This document shows positions 50,055 through 61,924 of a stretch of DNA of 64,000 nucleotides, piece by piece. Source of the stretch: Okamejei kenojei (Eukaryota); assembly GCA_035221665.1 (NCBI GenBank), contig CM069146.1:2976001-3040000 (forward strand). The letters run 5' to 3'. Below the pieces are notes generated by a model. That model had not been told where the DNA came from. It made no database searches and worked only from the letters and a program-made list of their open reading frames with translations. Positions within the stretch are counted from its first letter, which is position 1; each line of letters opens with the position of its first letter. A program made the translations under genes and the position numbers.

Positions 50055-52380
50055 GATGTTGCACTTGCAGATCATTTTGATCAGAAGTTCAACTTTATCT
50101 TCAACCAGATTTGATATGAACTGAAATCCAGAACTTGCCGAGTTTGCAACATGTACATTTCAACTCAATCAGAGTTTTACATCTCTTACATCGCACTTAT
50201 TTTCAAAACAGTTTTGTTATCACCATGTATCTATACAAAGCTCATTTATTGTGTTTAATTCATAGTATACAAACTGGTGGATTTTTTTCTGACAGTATGA
50301 CAGTACAGAACTGTACATTTAGTTTGTGAGGGCCCAATGTAGTTGCATAAGCAATATTAAGAGAATTTTTATTTTCAAGCCACAATGACTATTTACTAAT
50401 AGTTATACTGTATGTGTTTCTGGATTAGTTCCAGTATGCATGTCGGGATCTTGTTTTGCATATCTGCTGTGTAGTTTTTAATAATTCTTCATGTACCAGG
50501 TAGAGATAAAATGTTGGGGAGAACCATAGTGCTTTGGAATTGCAAATAATTGAGAAAAAACATGCTGGATTAATATTTAGGAGGTGGCATGTCATGGTTG
50601 TTGTACACACGATAGAGGGTTGCTTTCTAGCATCTTGGGGGGGGGGATACGGGGATTACTTCTCAGACAATCAACTCCATCATTCTTGCAGATATTCAAG
50701 TGAAAGAACAAAAGACTCTCAGCACATTCGGCATATTTCCTTGTAGTTCAATACAATGCACATCTCGATCAGTAAATGTACAGAAGTTCATACAACTCTT
50801 AATGTCTTTCATTTCATTTAATCATTTATCAACCATTGTTTCAGTGTACATTAGCCATTAAATTACGTATATTTTTAGAAGTAGTCACACATATGCGTAG
50901 TACTTGTGTCGAGTTGCATCTCAAAACTACAAATTAATATTGACTTTGTTTCAAGTAAACAAAATTAAAATGTATGGTGTATACCATAAACATCAAGTTA
51001 ACTCGTCTCTCATTACTTTCCTCAGTTGTGTACATGTGTCATATGTGTGCGGTATGTATAGTGGTATGTCTAGTATGTTAACATAGATCATAAATCAAAT
51101 ACATGATTATGCCAAAACAATATGTGTCTTTTTACAAGACTGCGCGCAAAAATGTGGCAAAGGGGGTAAAATTTCACATTCCTTCAAAAAAGTTGACAAG
51201 CACTTTATTGGGTCCATTAAATACCATATATCAACAACAAATATCAGAAAAGATGGCAAGTTTCTGAAAATGGCAATAGAATACATTTTGTGTAACGATT
51301 GTTGCGTGGTATCCACCAGTGACCGGGTTGGCACAGTAATTGCACGTATTTCTTATTCCTTTCTATGTTTATGAATACCACATGGACCAATAAAATTCCA
51401 AACTCCGTTTCCACTTCATTTACCTGATCATTTAGTAGAATACTGCATCCATCTGAGTAAATATCACAACACGTATCACACATCATGCGCACAAACGTAC
51501 GTTGCGGTGGACACTAAAAGATTTGGTGTCCCAGAAAACGAACGTTACATATCAATGGCCGATGAATCGTCAGATCGTTTGATTTGGGCTGATATTTTTT
51601 GTAAGTAAAATGTCTCCGTAACGGTCGTTGCGGAGCTTCCCAAAGTTGACACGAAGGAATGAAGTTAGCGACTTGGTCCGTACGAAAGTTAAACTAGGGA
51701 CAGTGTTTTCCCAAATTGATGATTCACACAATTTCTTAGTGTTGATGACCGATTCGTGTCGGAAAATATATCGTAAACGGACGTTGCGTTTTTGACACCA
51801 CCAGGTTTTTGATATACTAAATTGGAAAATAAGAAAACATAATTAACCCATCCAAAGATTGCTACTACCGTAGGACACCTCAATACCTCGATGGGTGTTT
51901 GAAAAGCATTAGAGGTTTGGAGCCTCTGTGATTTAACTTACGGAGGTACCGACCCCGATAACGGTCGTTGCGACAATGCACAACAACCGTTACGGGATCT
52001 TTACTGCACTGTATTATCTTTATGTTACTGTATCTTTCTCCGATCATTATCAAAACGTATATTTATGAGGGGCCATATGAAATTTATTTATGAATTAAAT
52101 ATTCATGACTAAATGTGGCAGAGTTTTTGATGTTACACCTTTGGTGTCCAAAATGGTGGGAAAACAATGAAAATTTGTTATGAAAAAGACGCATATACGA
52201 TATACGGTCTCATTAGTTTTTTTGTAATGTGTATATGTTGTGTATTTAGAAATACACACTGTACAGTCCCTCTTTCCAACATGAATTTCATCATGCAACA
52301 GTGAAGTAACATTCCAACTCTATTGTAGAAATGTTAGCATAAAACAATGGAAATCCACCCCCCGCCCCCCCCCCCCCCCC

Positions 52381-52426
<46 letters not shown>

Positions 52427-52656
52427 TCCCCCCCCCCCCCCCCCCCGACTCTTCATGATTAGATCATTTATCACGATGTATGACTTTCTTATTTACACCC
52501 GTACTTTGCAGAGTTTTAAGGTACCGGTAATCATGATACAAATTTAATAATTTATTGAAGCCTGACTCCTGATTTGTGAAGTGGCTTAATGCTGTAATGT
52601 GGATGCTAGAGGCATGAGAAACTGGTTTTAATAAAAACGTGGCTGACGTATTGCAT

Positions 52657-53814
52657 TTATGTGCCTACAACCAGTTCAGGAGCGGGGTGATTTTTGAAGA
52701 ACCAAGATGCAGATTCTATTATCTCACTCCACATTTCACGATCAAACTTGATCGTCTCCAAGTGCGGTAAAGTGTCGGGCCCCATGTACATAAAAAAAGT
52801 CGCACCACTTACTCGACGTCATAGCCATTTCCATTTGTACTTGTTTGTAGTACGTCTTCATATCCTAGTTCAGTTATTGCTTGCACAGCATGTCTCTAGC
52901 TTCATCTTCGTGCTGCCGTCCATGCACTAGTTCAGTCAAGTGTTCACTCAGCTTGTCATAGCCCATGACAAGCTTTACAAGCCCGCTTGTGTCGAGGTCA
53001 GTTTGATCACACTTTTGGAAAGTCCTTATCCTCGTCAAGACCCCATGAATATTTGACCCTGTGATGCGTCCTTTACGTTATTCGTGCCACGTAGGGTTAT
53101 TGCTTTGGCTGATTGTAGGTTCTTGGAGCAATGTTGTTTTTTCCTGAGTGTATGCAGTCAGTTCGTGTAAGAACTCCTCAACGGAGGTGCAATCTGCAGC
53201 CAGTTTTGATAGCGATAGCGAATTATGTTCAGACGTCTCCACTTCCATGGTGCCTGTGACATTGAAGTCCTCCTGAACAGCATACTTGAGGGGAGGCTTG
53301 GATTTCAAGTACTGAGCAACGCTTGACTACGTCATTGTTGTAAATTGAGCATTGATAATTCCAGCAATATGTGGGGTTCAGATTGCCTTGTTGGCTGAAA
53401 CAACTGTCTCAATGGAAGGTTGATTGTTTCCTGAGACCCTGTGTGTAAAAGAAAACATTGTTACGATCAATTTACAAACTACAGCAACATACATACATTT
53501 CTCAAACTTCCAATACTTTAATGTAGACATCAATAATATAACATTACACTTGATTAAAAAAATGGGACTGAAATAGTAATCTGAATATTTGGTTTTCTTT
53601 CCAAGGTAATGAAACAATAATGAAACAACAAAATATCAAGTTCTCTACCTGGCATCATTTGCATTATAAAGTTAAACGCATATTTGTACCATCTTCATAA
53701 GTATTAATTTCATAAGAGCATTAAAAGGTATACGCTTCAGATGTTCATCTTCTTTGATGAGCATAATCAAGTTTGAAGAGAATAGCACCCACATGATTAC
53801 AGGTTGAACCGAGC
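52657..53814 (-). pseudogene. Decayed SWIM-finger/YqaJ (lambda-exonuclease-like) partner ORF of the ISL2EU element
   Basis: Exon 53649-53814 encodes LGSTCNHVGAILFKLDYA (second half of a SWIM finger). Exon 53438-52657 encodes TISQSNNPTWHE*RKGRITGS, HGRQHEDEAR, YYKQVQMEMAMTSSKWCDFF and (after a frameshift) FDREMW..FFKNHPAPEL. It has stops, a frameshift and no central PD-(D/E)xK segment. Confidence 0.85.
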
Positions 53815-54324
53815 CTGTATTGAAATTGAAAGTGATTTCACTCTCCCACTTTTTAAGAAAGGCGGGAGAGAGAAAACAGGGAATTATAGACCATTTAACC
53901 TGACATCGGTGGTAGGGAAGATGCTGGAGTCAATTATAAAAGATGAAATAGCAGCACATTTGGATAACAGTAACAGGATCGGTCCGAGTCGGTGAAATAT
54001 GATAAAAGTTATGAATATTTTAAAATCATGAGATCAGCAGATTGGTCTTCTCACCTGTAAGTCACCATGAAGGTATTGCCCCTTCCGGCACCCGCTGGAG
54101 AATAAAGCCCCGGAGCCGGGGCTGAGTAAACAACCCGTGCTGATTGAGTCCGCAAGAGTGGAGTCGGGAAAGCCACTGTATGGAATCGGGAAAGAATCGT
54201 GCTGTGTGGTTGCCCCCCCCCCCCCACACACACCCCACCACACCCCCCCTCCCCCACACACACACCCTTGCCCCCTCCCCCATTCCCCCTCCTTCCCACA
54301 CATGCCCCTTCCCCTATACCCTTA

Positions 54325-54822
54325 GAAACATAGAAACATAGAAATTAGGTGCAGGAGTAGGCCCATTCAGCCCTTCGAGCCTGCACCGCCATTCAATATG
54401 ATCATGGCGATCATCCAAACTGTATCCCGTACCTGCCTTCCATACCTCTGATCCTCTTAGCCACAAGGGCCACATCCAACCACTCTTAAATATAGCCAAT
54501 GAACCCTCAACTACCCTCTGTGGCAGAGAGTTCCAGAGACTCCCCTCTCTGTGTGACCTCATCTCGGTCCCCCCTTATCCCTGTGACCCACTTCCCCAAC
54601 ATCGGGAACAATCTTCCTGTATCAGCCTGTCCAACCCCTTAAGAATTTTGTAAGTTTCTATAAGATCCCCTTCTCACTCCTAAATTCCAGAGAGTATAAC
54701 CGAGTCTCCAGTCTTTCTTCACAGTCCTGACATCCCAGGAATCAGTCTGGTGAACCCTCTGCACTCCCTCTATGGCAATAATGTCCTTTCTCAGATTTGG
54801 AGACCAAAACTGTACGCAATAC
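54325..54822 (-). mobile_element. CR1 3' fragment
   Basis: [22 protein letters not shown]; (catagaaa)n tail. Confidence 0.85.
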
Positions 54823-54998
54823 TTCCCCCTTCCCCCCCTCCCCCCTGCCCTACACCCTCCCCCTCCCCCCACACACCCATACACCCCCCCCTCCCCGTTC
54901 CTCCCCCCACACCACCCATACCCTCACACACCACTCCAACCCCCACACCACCCCCCACACCACATCCTCCCCCCCCCACCCCACACCACCCCATTTCA

Positions 54999-57040
54999 TA
55001 AAAGATGAAAAAGCGGCACATTTGGATAGCAGTAACAGGATCGGTCCATTTACGAAGGGGAAATCATGCTTGACCAATCTTTTGGATTTTTTTGAGGATG
55101 TGACTAGGAAAATGGAAAATTGAGAGCCAGTGGATGTAGTCACATGGACTTTCAGAAAGCATTTGATAAGGACCCAAATAGGTGATTAGTGGGCAAAATT
55201 ATGGCACATGGTATTGGGGGTAGAGTGCTGACATGGTTGGCAGACAGGAAACAAAGAGAAGGGATTAACGGGTCCCTTTCAGAATGGCAGGCAGAGACTA
55301 GTGGGGTACCGAAAGGCTCGGTGCTGGGACCGCAGCTTTTTACAATATATATTAATGATTTAGATGAAGGGATTCAAAGTAACATTAGAAAATTTGTAGA
55401 TGACACATAGCAGGGTGGCAGTGTGAGCTGTGACAAGGATGCTATAAGAATGCAGGGTGACTTGGACAAGTTGGGTGAGTGTGCATGGCAGATGCAGTTT
55501 AATGTGGATAAATGTGAGGTTATTCACTTTGGTAGCAAAAACAGGCAAGCAGATTACTATTTAAATGGTTGAGAAGGAGCTGCAAAAAATCGAAGGTAGA
55601 CAAAAATGCTGGAGAAACTCAACGGGTGAGGAGCGAAGGAAATAGGCAACGTTTCGGGTGGAGACCCTTCTTCAGACTGATGTGAGGGTGGGGGGGGGGG
55701 GAGGATGGGAAGAAGAAAGAAAGAGGTGGAGACAGTGGGCTGTAACCTGAACTTAAAGAAGTCGATGTTCATACCGCTGGGGTGTAAACTGGCCAAGCAA
55801 AATATGAGGTGCTGCTCCTCCAATTTACGGAGGTCCTCACTCTGGCCATGGAGGAGGCCCAGGACAGGAAGGTCAGATTCGGAATGGGAGGGGGTGTTGA
55901 AGTGCTGAACCACCGGGAGATCAGGTAAGTTAATGCAAACCGAGAGGAGGTGTTGGGCGAAGCGATCGCCAAGCCTACGTTTGGTCTCACCGAAGTAGAG
56001 CAGCTGACACCTAGAGCAGCGGATGCAATAGATGAGGTTGGAGGAGGTGCAGGTGAACCTCTGTCTCACCTGGAAAGACTGCTTGGGTCCTTGAATGGAG
56101 TCAAGGGGGGAGGTAAAGTGACAAGTTTCCTGCGGTTGCAAGGGAAAGTGCCAGGAGAGAGGGGTGGTTTGGGTGGGAAGGGACAAATTGACCAGGAAGT
56201 TACAGAGGGAGTGGTCTCTGTGGAAAGCCGAAAGGGGAGGAAATGGGAAGATGTGGCCGGTGGTGGGACCCCGTTGGAGGTGGCGAAAATGTCGGAGGAT
56301 TATCTGTTGTATGTGACAGCTCGTAGGGTGGAAGGTGAGGACAAGGGGGACTCTGTCCTTGTTATGAGTGGGGCGATGGGGAGTGAGAGCGGAGCTATGG
56401 GATATAGAGCAGACCCTGGTGAGAGCCTCATCTATAGTAGAAGAGGGGAACCCCCGTTCCCTGAAGAATGAGGACATCTCCGATGCCCTGGTGTGGAACA
56501 CCTCATCCTGGGTGCAGATGCAGTGTAGACAGAGGAATTAGGAGTAGGGGATGGAGTCCTTACAGGAAGCAGGGTGGGAAGAAGTGTAGTCCAGATAGCC
56601 ATGGGAGTCAGTGGGTTTATAGTGGATGTCGGTCAGTAGTCTGTCACCTGCAATGGAGTCAAGTTGAGAAAAGGGGAAGTACAACGGGATCTGGGGGGTC
56701 CTTGTTCATCAGTCATTGAAAGTAAGCATGCAGGTACAGCAGGCAATGAAGAAAGCGAATCACATGTTGGCCTTTATAACAAGAAGAGTTGAGTATAGGA
56801 GCAAAGAGGTCCACTTGCAGATGTATAGGGCCCTAGTGAGACCACACCTGGAGTATTGTGTGCAGTTTTGATCCCCTAATTTGGGGAAGGACATTCTTGC
56901 TATTGAGGGACTGAGGACGTAGGTTTACAAATTTAATTCCCGGGATGGCGGGACTGTCATATGCTGAGAGAATGGAGCGGCTGGGCTTGTATACTCTGGA
57001 GTTTAGAAGGATGAGAGGGTATCTTATTGAAACATATAAG
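54999..57040 (+). mobile_element. CR1 RT fragment split by a Penelope insertion at ~55570-56650
   Basis: [27 protein letters not shown]; CR1 sequence resumes at ~56651 (aatggagtcaagttg..gggatctgggg). Confidence 0.85.
55570..56650 (-). mobile_element. Penelope-like element 3' part (end of RT plus GIY-YIG endonuclease)
   Basis: FTCTSSNLIYCIRCSRCQLLYFGETKRRLGDRFAQH..HFN..EEQHLIFCL..HPSGMN; terminal repeat with hammerhead-like motif. Confidence 0.92.
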
Positions 57041-57354
57041 TAAGTAAGTAAAGTATCCTTTATTGTCATTCAGACCTTTCGGTCTGAACGAAATTTCATT
57101 ACCTTGCAGTCATAACATATAATAAAAAACAACACACAATAAACACATATTTAACATCCACCACAGTGAGTTCACCAGGCACCTCCTCACTGTGGTGGAA
57201 GGGAAAAGTCTTAAAGTCTTTGTCTTCTTCCCTCCTTGATCTCCCTCTGCGCTGAGGCGATCCAGGCCTCCGATGTTATCGGCCACTAGGCCCATGGCCG
57301 AGCCTCCGAAACTGGGCTCCCTTCACCACCATCGCCGGAACGCTGGAACACCAT

Positions 57355-57630
57355 CACACCTCTGAAGCAGGGTCAGCTCGGAAGCTGGGTCGCCGCTGGA
57401 ACGCCACCGCTAGAACGCCGCTGGAGAAGCACAGCTCTGAAGCCAGGTCGCCACCGGAACGCCGCTGGAACGCCGCTGGAGCACCACAGCTCTGAAGCTG
57501 GGTTGCCACTGGAGCGCCGCTGGAGCACCGCAGCTCTGAAGCTGGGCCGCCGCTGGAGTGCCGCTGGAGCACCACAGCTCCGAGGCCGGGTCGCCACTGG
57601 AACACCACAGCTCTGAAGCCGGGCCGCCGC
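57355..57630. repeat. ~32-43-bp GC-rich tandem repeat (GCCGCTGGAGCACCACAGCTCTGAAGCTGGGTC)
   Basis: About 6-7 imperfect units, inside a minus-strand retroposon fragment whose (TAAG)n tail is at ~57037-57052. Confidence 0.8.
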
Positions 57631-57631
57631 T

Positions 57632-60044
57632 GTGGTAAATGTGTGCAGGATAGTTTTTTTGCAGTACATAGAGGTATCGACCAGAGAAGGGGCAGTGCTG
57701 GACCTCCTGTTAGGAAATGAGGCAGGTCAGGTGACGGAGGTATGCGTTGGTGAGCACTTCGGGACCAGTGATCACAATACCATTAGTTTCAATATAATTA
57801 TGGAGCGAGTCAGAACTGGACCAAGGGTGGAGATTTTTGATTGGAGAAAGGCTATCTTTTGAGGGATTGCGTAAGGATTTTAAAGGAGTGAATTGGGCCA
57901 CTTTGTTTCATGGGAAGGATGTAGAAGAGAAATGGAGGACATTTAAAGGGGAAATTGTAAGAGTACAGAATCTTTATGTCCCTGTTAGGTTGAAAGGAAA
58001 TAGTAAAAATTGGAAAGAGTCATGGTTTTCAAGGGAAATTGGAACACTTGTTTCGAAAAAAGAGAGATATCTACGATAATTATAGGAGGCATGGAGTAAA
58101 ATGAGGTGCTAGAGGAGTATAAAGAATGTAAAAATAATCTTAAGAAAGAAATTAGGAAGGCTAAAAGAAGATACGAGGTTGCTTTGGCAAAGAAAGGTGA
58201 AAGTAAATCCAAAGCGTTTCTACAGCTATATTAATAGCAAAAGGATAACGAGGGATAAAATTGGACCATTAGAGAACCAGAATGGACAGCTATCGGCAGA
58301 GCCAAAAGACATGGGGGAGAATATTGAACAATTTCTTTTCTTCCGTATTCACCAAGGAGAAGGATATTGAACTCTGTGAGTTAAGGGGAAAAAAGTAGAG
58401 TAGCTATGGAAACTATGAGATTCAAAGAGGAGGAAGTACTGACACTTTTGAAAAATATAAAAGTGGATAAGTCTCCAGGTCCATGACAGGATATTCCCTA
58501 GGACATTGAGGGAAGTTAGTGTAGAAATAGCAGGAGCTATGACAGAAATATTTCAAATGTCATTAGAAACGGGAATAGTGCCGGAGGATTGGCGTACTGC
58601 GCATGTTGTTCCATTGTTTAAAAAGGGTTCAAAGAATAAACCTAGCAATTATAGACCTATTAGTTTGACGTCAGTGGTGGGCAAATTAATGGAAAGGATA
58701 CTTAGAGATAATATATATATAAGCATCTGGATAAACAGGGTCTGATCAGGAACAGTCAACATGTATTTGTGCCTGGAAGGTCATGTTTGACAAACCTTCT
58801 TGAATTTTTGAAGCGGTAACTAGGGAAATTGATGAGGGTAAAGCAGTGGATGTTGTCTATATGGATTTCAGTAAGGCCTTTGACAAGGTTCCCCATGGAT
58901 GGTTGGTTAAGAAGGTTCAATCTTTGGGTGTTAATGGCGGAGTAGCAAGATGGATTCAACAGTGGCTGAATGGGAGATGTCAGAGAGTAATGGTGGATGG
59001 CTGTTTGTCAGGTTGGAAGCCGTGACCAGTGGGGTGCCTCAGGGATCTGTGTTGGGTCCACTGTTGTTTGTCATGTACATCAATGATCTGGATGATGGGG
59101 TGGAAAATTGGATAAGTAAGTATGCAGATGATACTAAGATAGGTGGTGTTGTGGATAATGAAGTAGATTTTCAAAGTCTACAGAGAGATTTGGGCCATTT
59201 GGAAAAGTGGGCTGAAAGATGGCAGATGGAGTTTAATGCTGTTAAGTGTGAAGTGCTACATCTTGGCAGGACAAATCAAAATAGGACGTACATGGTAAAT
59301 GGTAGGGAATTGAGGAATGCTGTGGAACAGAAAGATCTAGGAATAACTGTGCATAGTTCCCTGAAGGTGGAATCACATGTAGATAGGGTGGTAAAGAAAG
59401 CCTTTGGTGTGCTGGCCTTTATAAATCAGAGCATTGAATATAGGAGTAGGGAAGTAATGTTAAAATTGTACAAGGCATTGGTAAGACCAATTCTGCAGTA
59501 TGGTGTACAATTTTGGTCGCCTAATTATAGGAAGGATGTCAACAAAATAGACACAGAGTACAGAGGAGATTTACTAGAATGTTGCCAGGTTCCAGCAACT
59601 ATGTTACAATGAAAGGTTGAACAAGTTAGGTCTTTATTCTTTGGAGCGCAGAAGGTTAAGGGGGGACTTGATTGAGGTCTTTAAAATGATGAAAGGGATA
59701 GACAGTTGACGTGGATAGGTTTTTCCCATTGAGGGTAGGGAAGATTCAAACAAGAGGGCATGACATGAGAATTAAGGGACAGTTTAGGGGTAACGTGAGG
59801 GGGAACTTCTTTACTCAGAGGGTGGTGGCTGTGTGGAATGAGCTTCCAGCAGAAGTGGTGGAGGCAGGATCGATTTTAACATTTAAAAGTAAAGTGGATA
59901 GGTATATGGACGTGAAGGGAATGGAGGGGTATGGTCTGAGTGCAGGTAGATGGGACTAGGGGAAAACAAATGATCGGCACGGACTGGAAGGGCCGAGAGG
60001 GCCTGTTTTCCGTGCTGTAATTGTTATATGGTTATATGGTTATA
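57632..60044 (+). mobile_element. CR1/HER1-type LINE, same subfamily as 13796-15789
   Basis: End of EN domain (LDLLL..SDHN), RT motifs [13 protein letters not shown] and YADD, (TTATATGG)n tail; several frameshifts. Confidence 0.95.
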
Positions 60045-61722
60045 TCCTATCCCCCTGGTCAAATCCCTCCCTACCTATGTCCAAGACACCTTGCATGCTC
60101 CTCGTCTCCTCCATGACTTCCATTTTCCAGGCCCCCATTCCCTCAGCAGCAACCATGTCACTCTACACCTCCATCCCCCACCAGGAGGGACTTAAAGCCC
60201 TCCCTTTCTTTCTCGACTGCAGAACCAACCAATCCCCATGTACAAATACTCTCCTCCGCCTAACGGATCTGGTCCTTGCCCTCAACAACTTTTCCTTTGA
60301 CTCCTCCCATTTCCTCCAAATCCAAGGCGTAGCACGTGCATGGGCCCTAGCTACGCCTGCCTGTTTGTAAGGTACGTTGAACAATCCTTCGAGGCGTACC
60401 GTGGCCCTATCTCCGAACTCTACCTCCGCTACATCGACAACTGCATTGGTGCTACTTGCTGCACCCATACAGAACTCACTGACTTCATCCATTTCACCAC
60501 TAACTTCCATCCGGCAATTCACCTGGACCATTTCCGACATCTCCCTGTTTCTAGACCTCACCATCTCCATCGCAGGTAACATCTACTACAAACCGACATC
60601 TACTACAAACCGACTGACTCCCATGGCTGTCTGCTCTACACTTCTTCCCACCCTGCCTCCTGTAAGGACGTCCTCTATCCCCTACTCCCAATTCCTCCGT
60701 CTACGCCGCATCTGCACCCAGGGAGAGGTGTTCCAAACCAGGGCCTCGAGATGTCATCATTCTTTAGGGAACAGGGGTTCCCTTCTTCAACTATAGATGA
60801 AGCTGTCACTAGGGTCTCCTCTATATACTGTAGCTCCGCTCTCACTACCCATCCCCTCACTCGTTAGAAGGGCAGTCCCCCCCTTGTCCTCACCTTCCAC
60901 GCCACCAGCCGTCACATACAACAGATAATCCTCCGACATTTTCGCCACCTCCAATGGGATCCCACCACTGGCCACATTTTCCCATCTCCTCCCCTTTTGG
61001 CTTTCCGCAGAGACCGCTCCCTCCTTAACTCCCTGGTCAATTCATCCCTTCCCACCCTAATCGCCCCCTCCCCCCCCCCTCCCCCCGGTACTTTCCCTTG
61101 CAACCACAGGAAATGCTACACTTGTCACCTTACCTCCCCCCTCGACTCATTCCAAGGACCCAAGCAGTCTTTCCAGGTGTGGCAGAGGTTCACCTGCACC
61201 TCCTCCGACCTCATCTATTGCATCCGCTGTTCCAGGTGTCAACTGCTCTACATCGGTTTGGCGATCGCTTCACCCAACACCTCCGCTCAGTTTCGCATTA
61301 ACCAACCTGATCTCCCAGTGGCTCAGCACTTCAACTCCCCCTCCCATTCCGAATCCGACCTTTCTGTCCTGGGACTCACATCCTCCATGGCCAGAGTGAG
61401 TCCCACCGCAAATTGAAGGAGCAGCATCTCATATTTCGCTTGGGCAGTTTACACCCCAGCGGTATGAAAATTTACTTCTTCATATTTCAGGTAGTCCTTG
61501 CTTTCTCCCTCCTACCCCTCCCCTTCCTAGATCTCCCACAGCCCACTGTCTCCACCTCTTCCTTTCTTCTTCCCGACCCCCCACCCCCACATAAGTCTGA
61601 AGAAGTGACTCGACCCGAAACGCCACCTATTTCTTCGCTCCACAGATGCTGCCTCACCCGCTGAGTTTCTCCAGCATTTTTGTCTACCTTCGGTTTTTCC
61701 AGCATCTGCAGTTCTTTCTTAA
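60045..61722 (+). mobile_element. Penelope-like element (RT plus GIY-YIG, degenerate)
   Basis: [47 protein letters not shown]; 3' terminal repeat. Confidence 0.92.
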
Positions 61723-61924
61723 ACAGTGTCATATCATCATTATTTGGGTCTGCCATAACCAATATAAGATACAAAGAAGACGAAAAATCTGACCGAAAAT
61801 GTTATTTTTCCACCCAATACGTACACACAGTTCCACCCAATACGAACACACAGTGTATACAGCACTGCATTCGCGATCACTAGCAACGCTCTTTGTTTAT
61901 CCCGAATGACCTTTGACAAATCTC

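Larger units (their letters stand above)
43894..61922 (+). mobile_element. Large ISL2EU-type autonomous-class transposon remnant interrupted by nested insertions
   Basis: Convergent THAP-DDE and SWIM/YqaJ ORFs. 43894-43924 plus 45010-45040 resembles 44050-44108 of the small element, and ~61845-61922 resembles its right subterminus (44910-44970). Its own TIRs were not found. Confidence 0.6.

Noticed and set aside
50060-50200. Cys-rich minus-strand stretch as a C-terminal PHD finger of the YqaJ ORF
   Set aside because: No C4HC3 spacing could be recovered in a single frame; too degraded to call.
51107-51492. Minus-strand ORFs with VQLL..GHW as a Ulp1-type protease
   Set aside because: No downstream catalytic Q..C motif and no convincing exon structure.
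52357-52446. Poly-proline ORF / poly-C tract (similar runs at 45168-45192 and 54825-54990)
   Set aside because: Homopolymer, low complexity, and possibly inflated by sequencing error.
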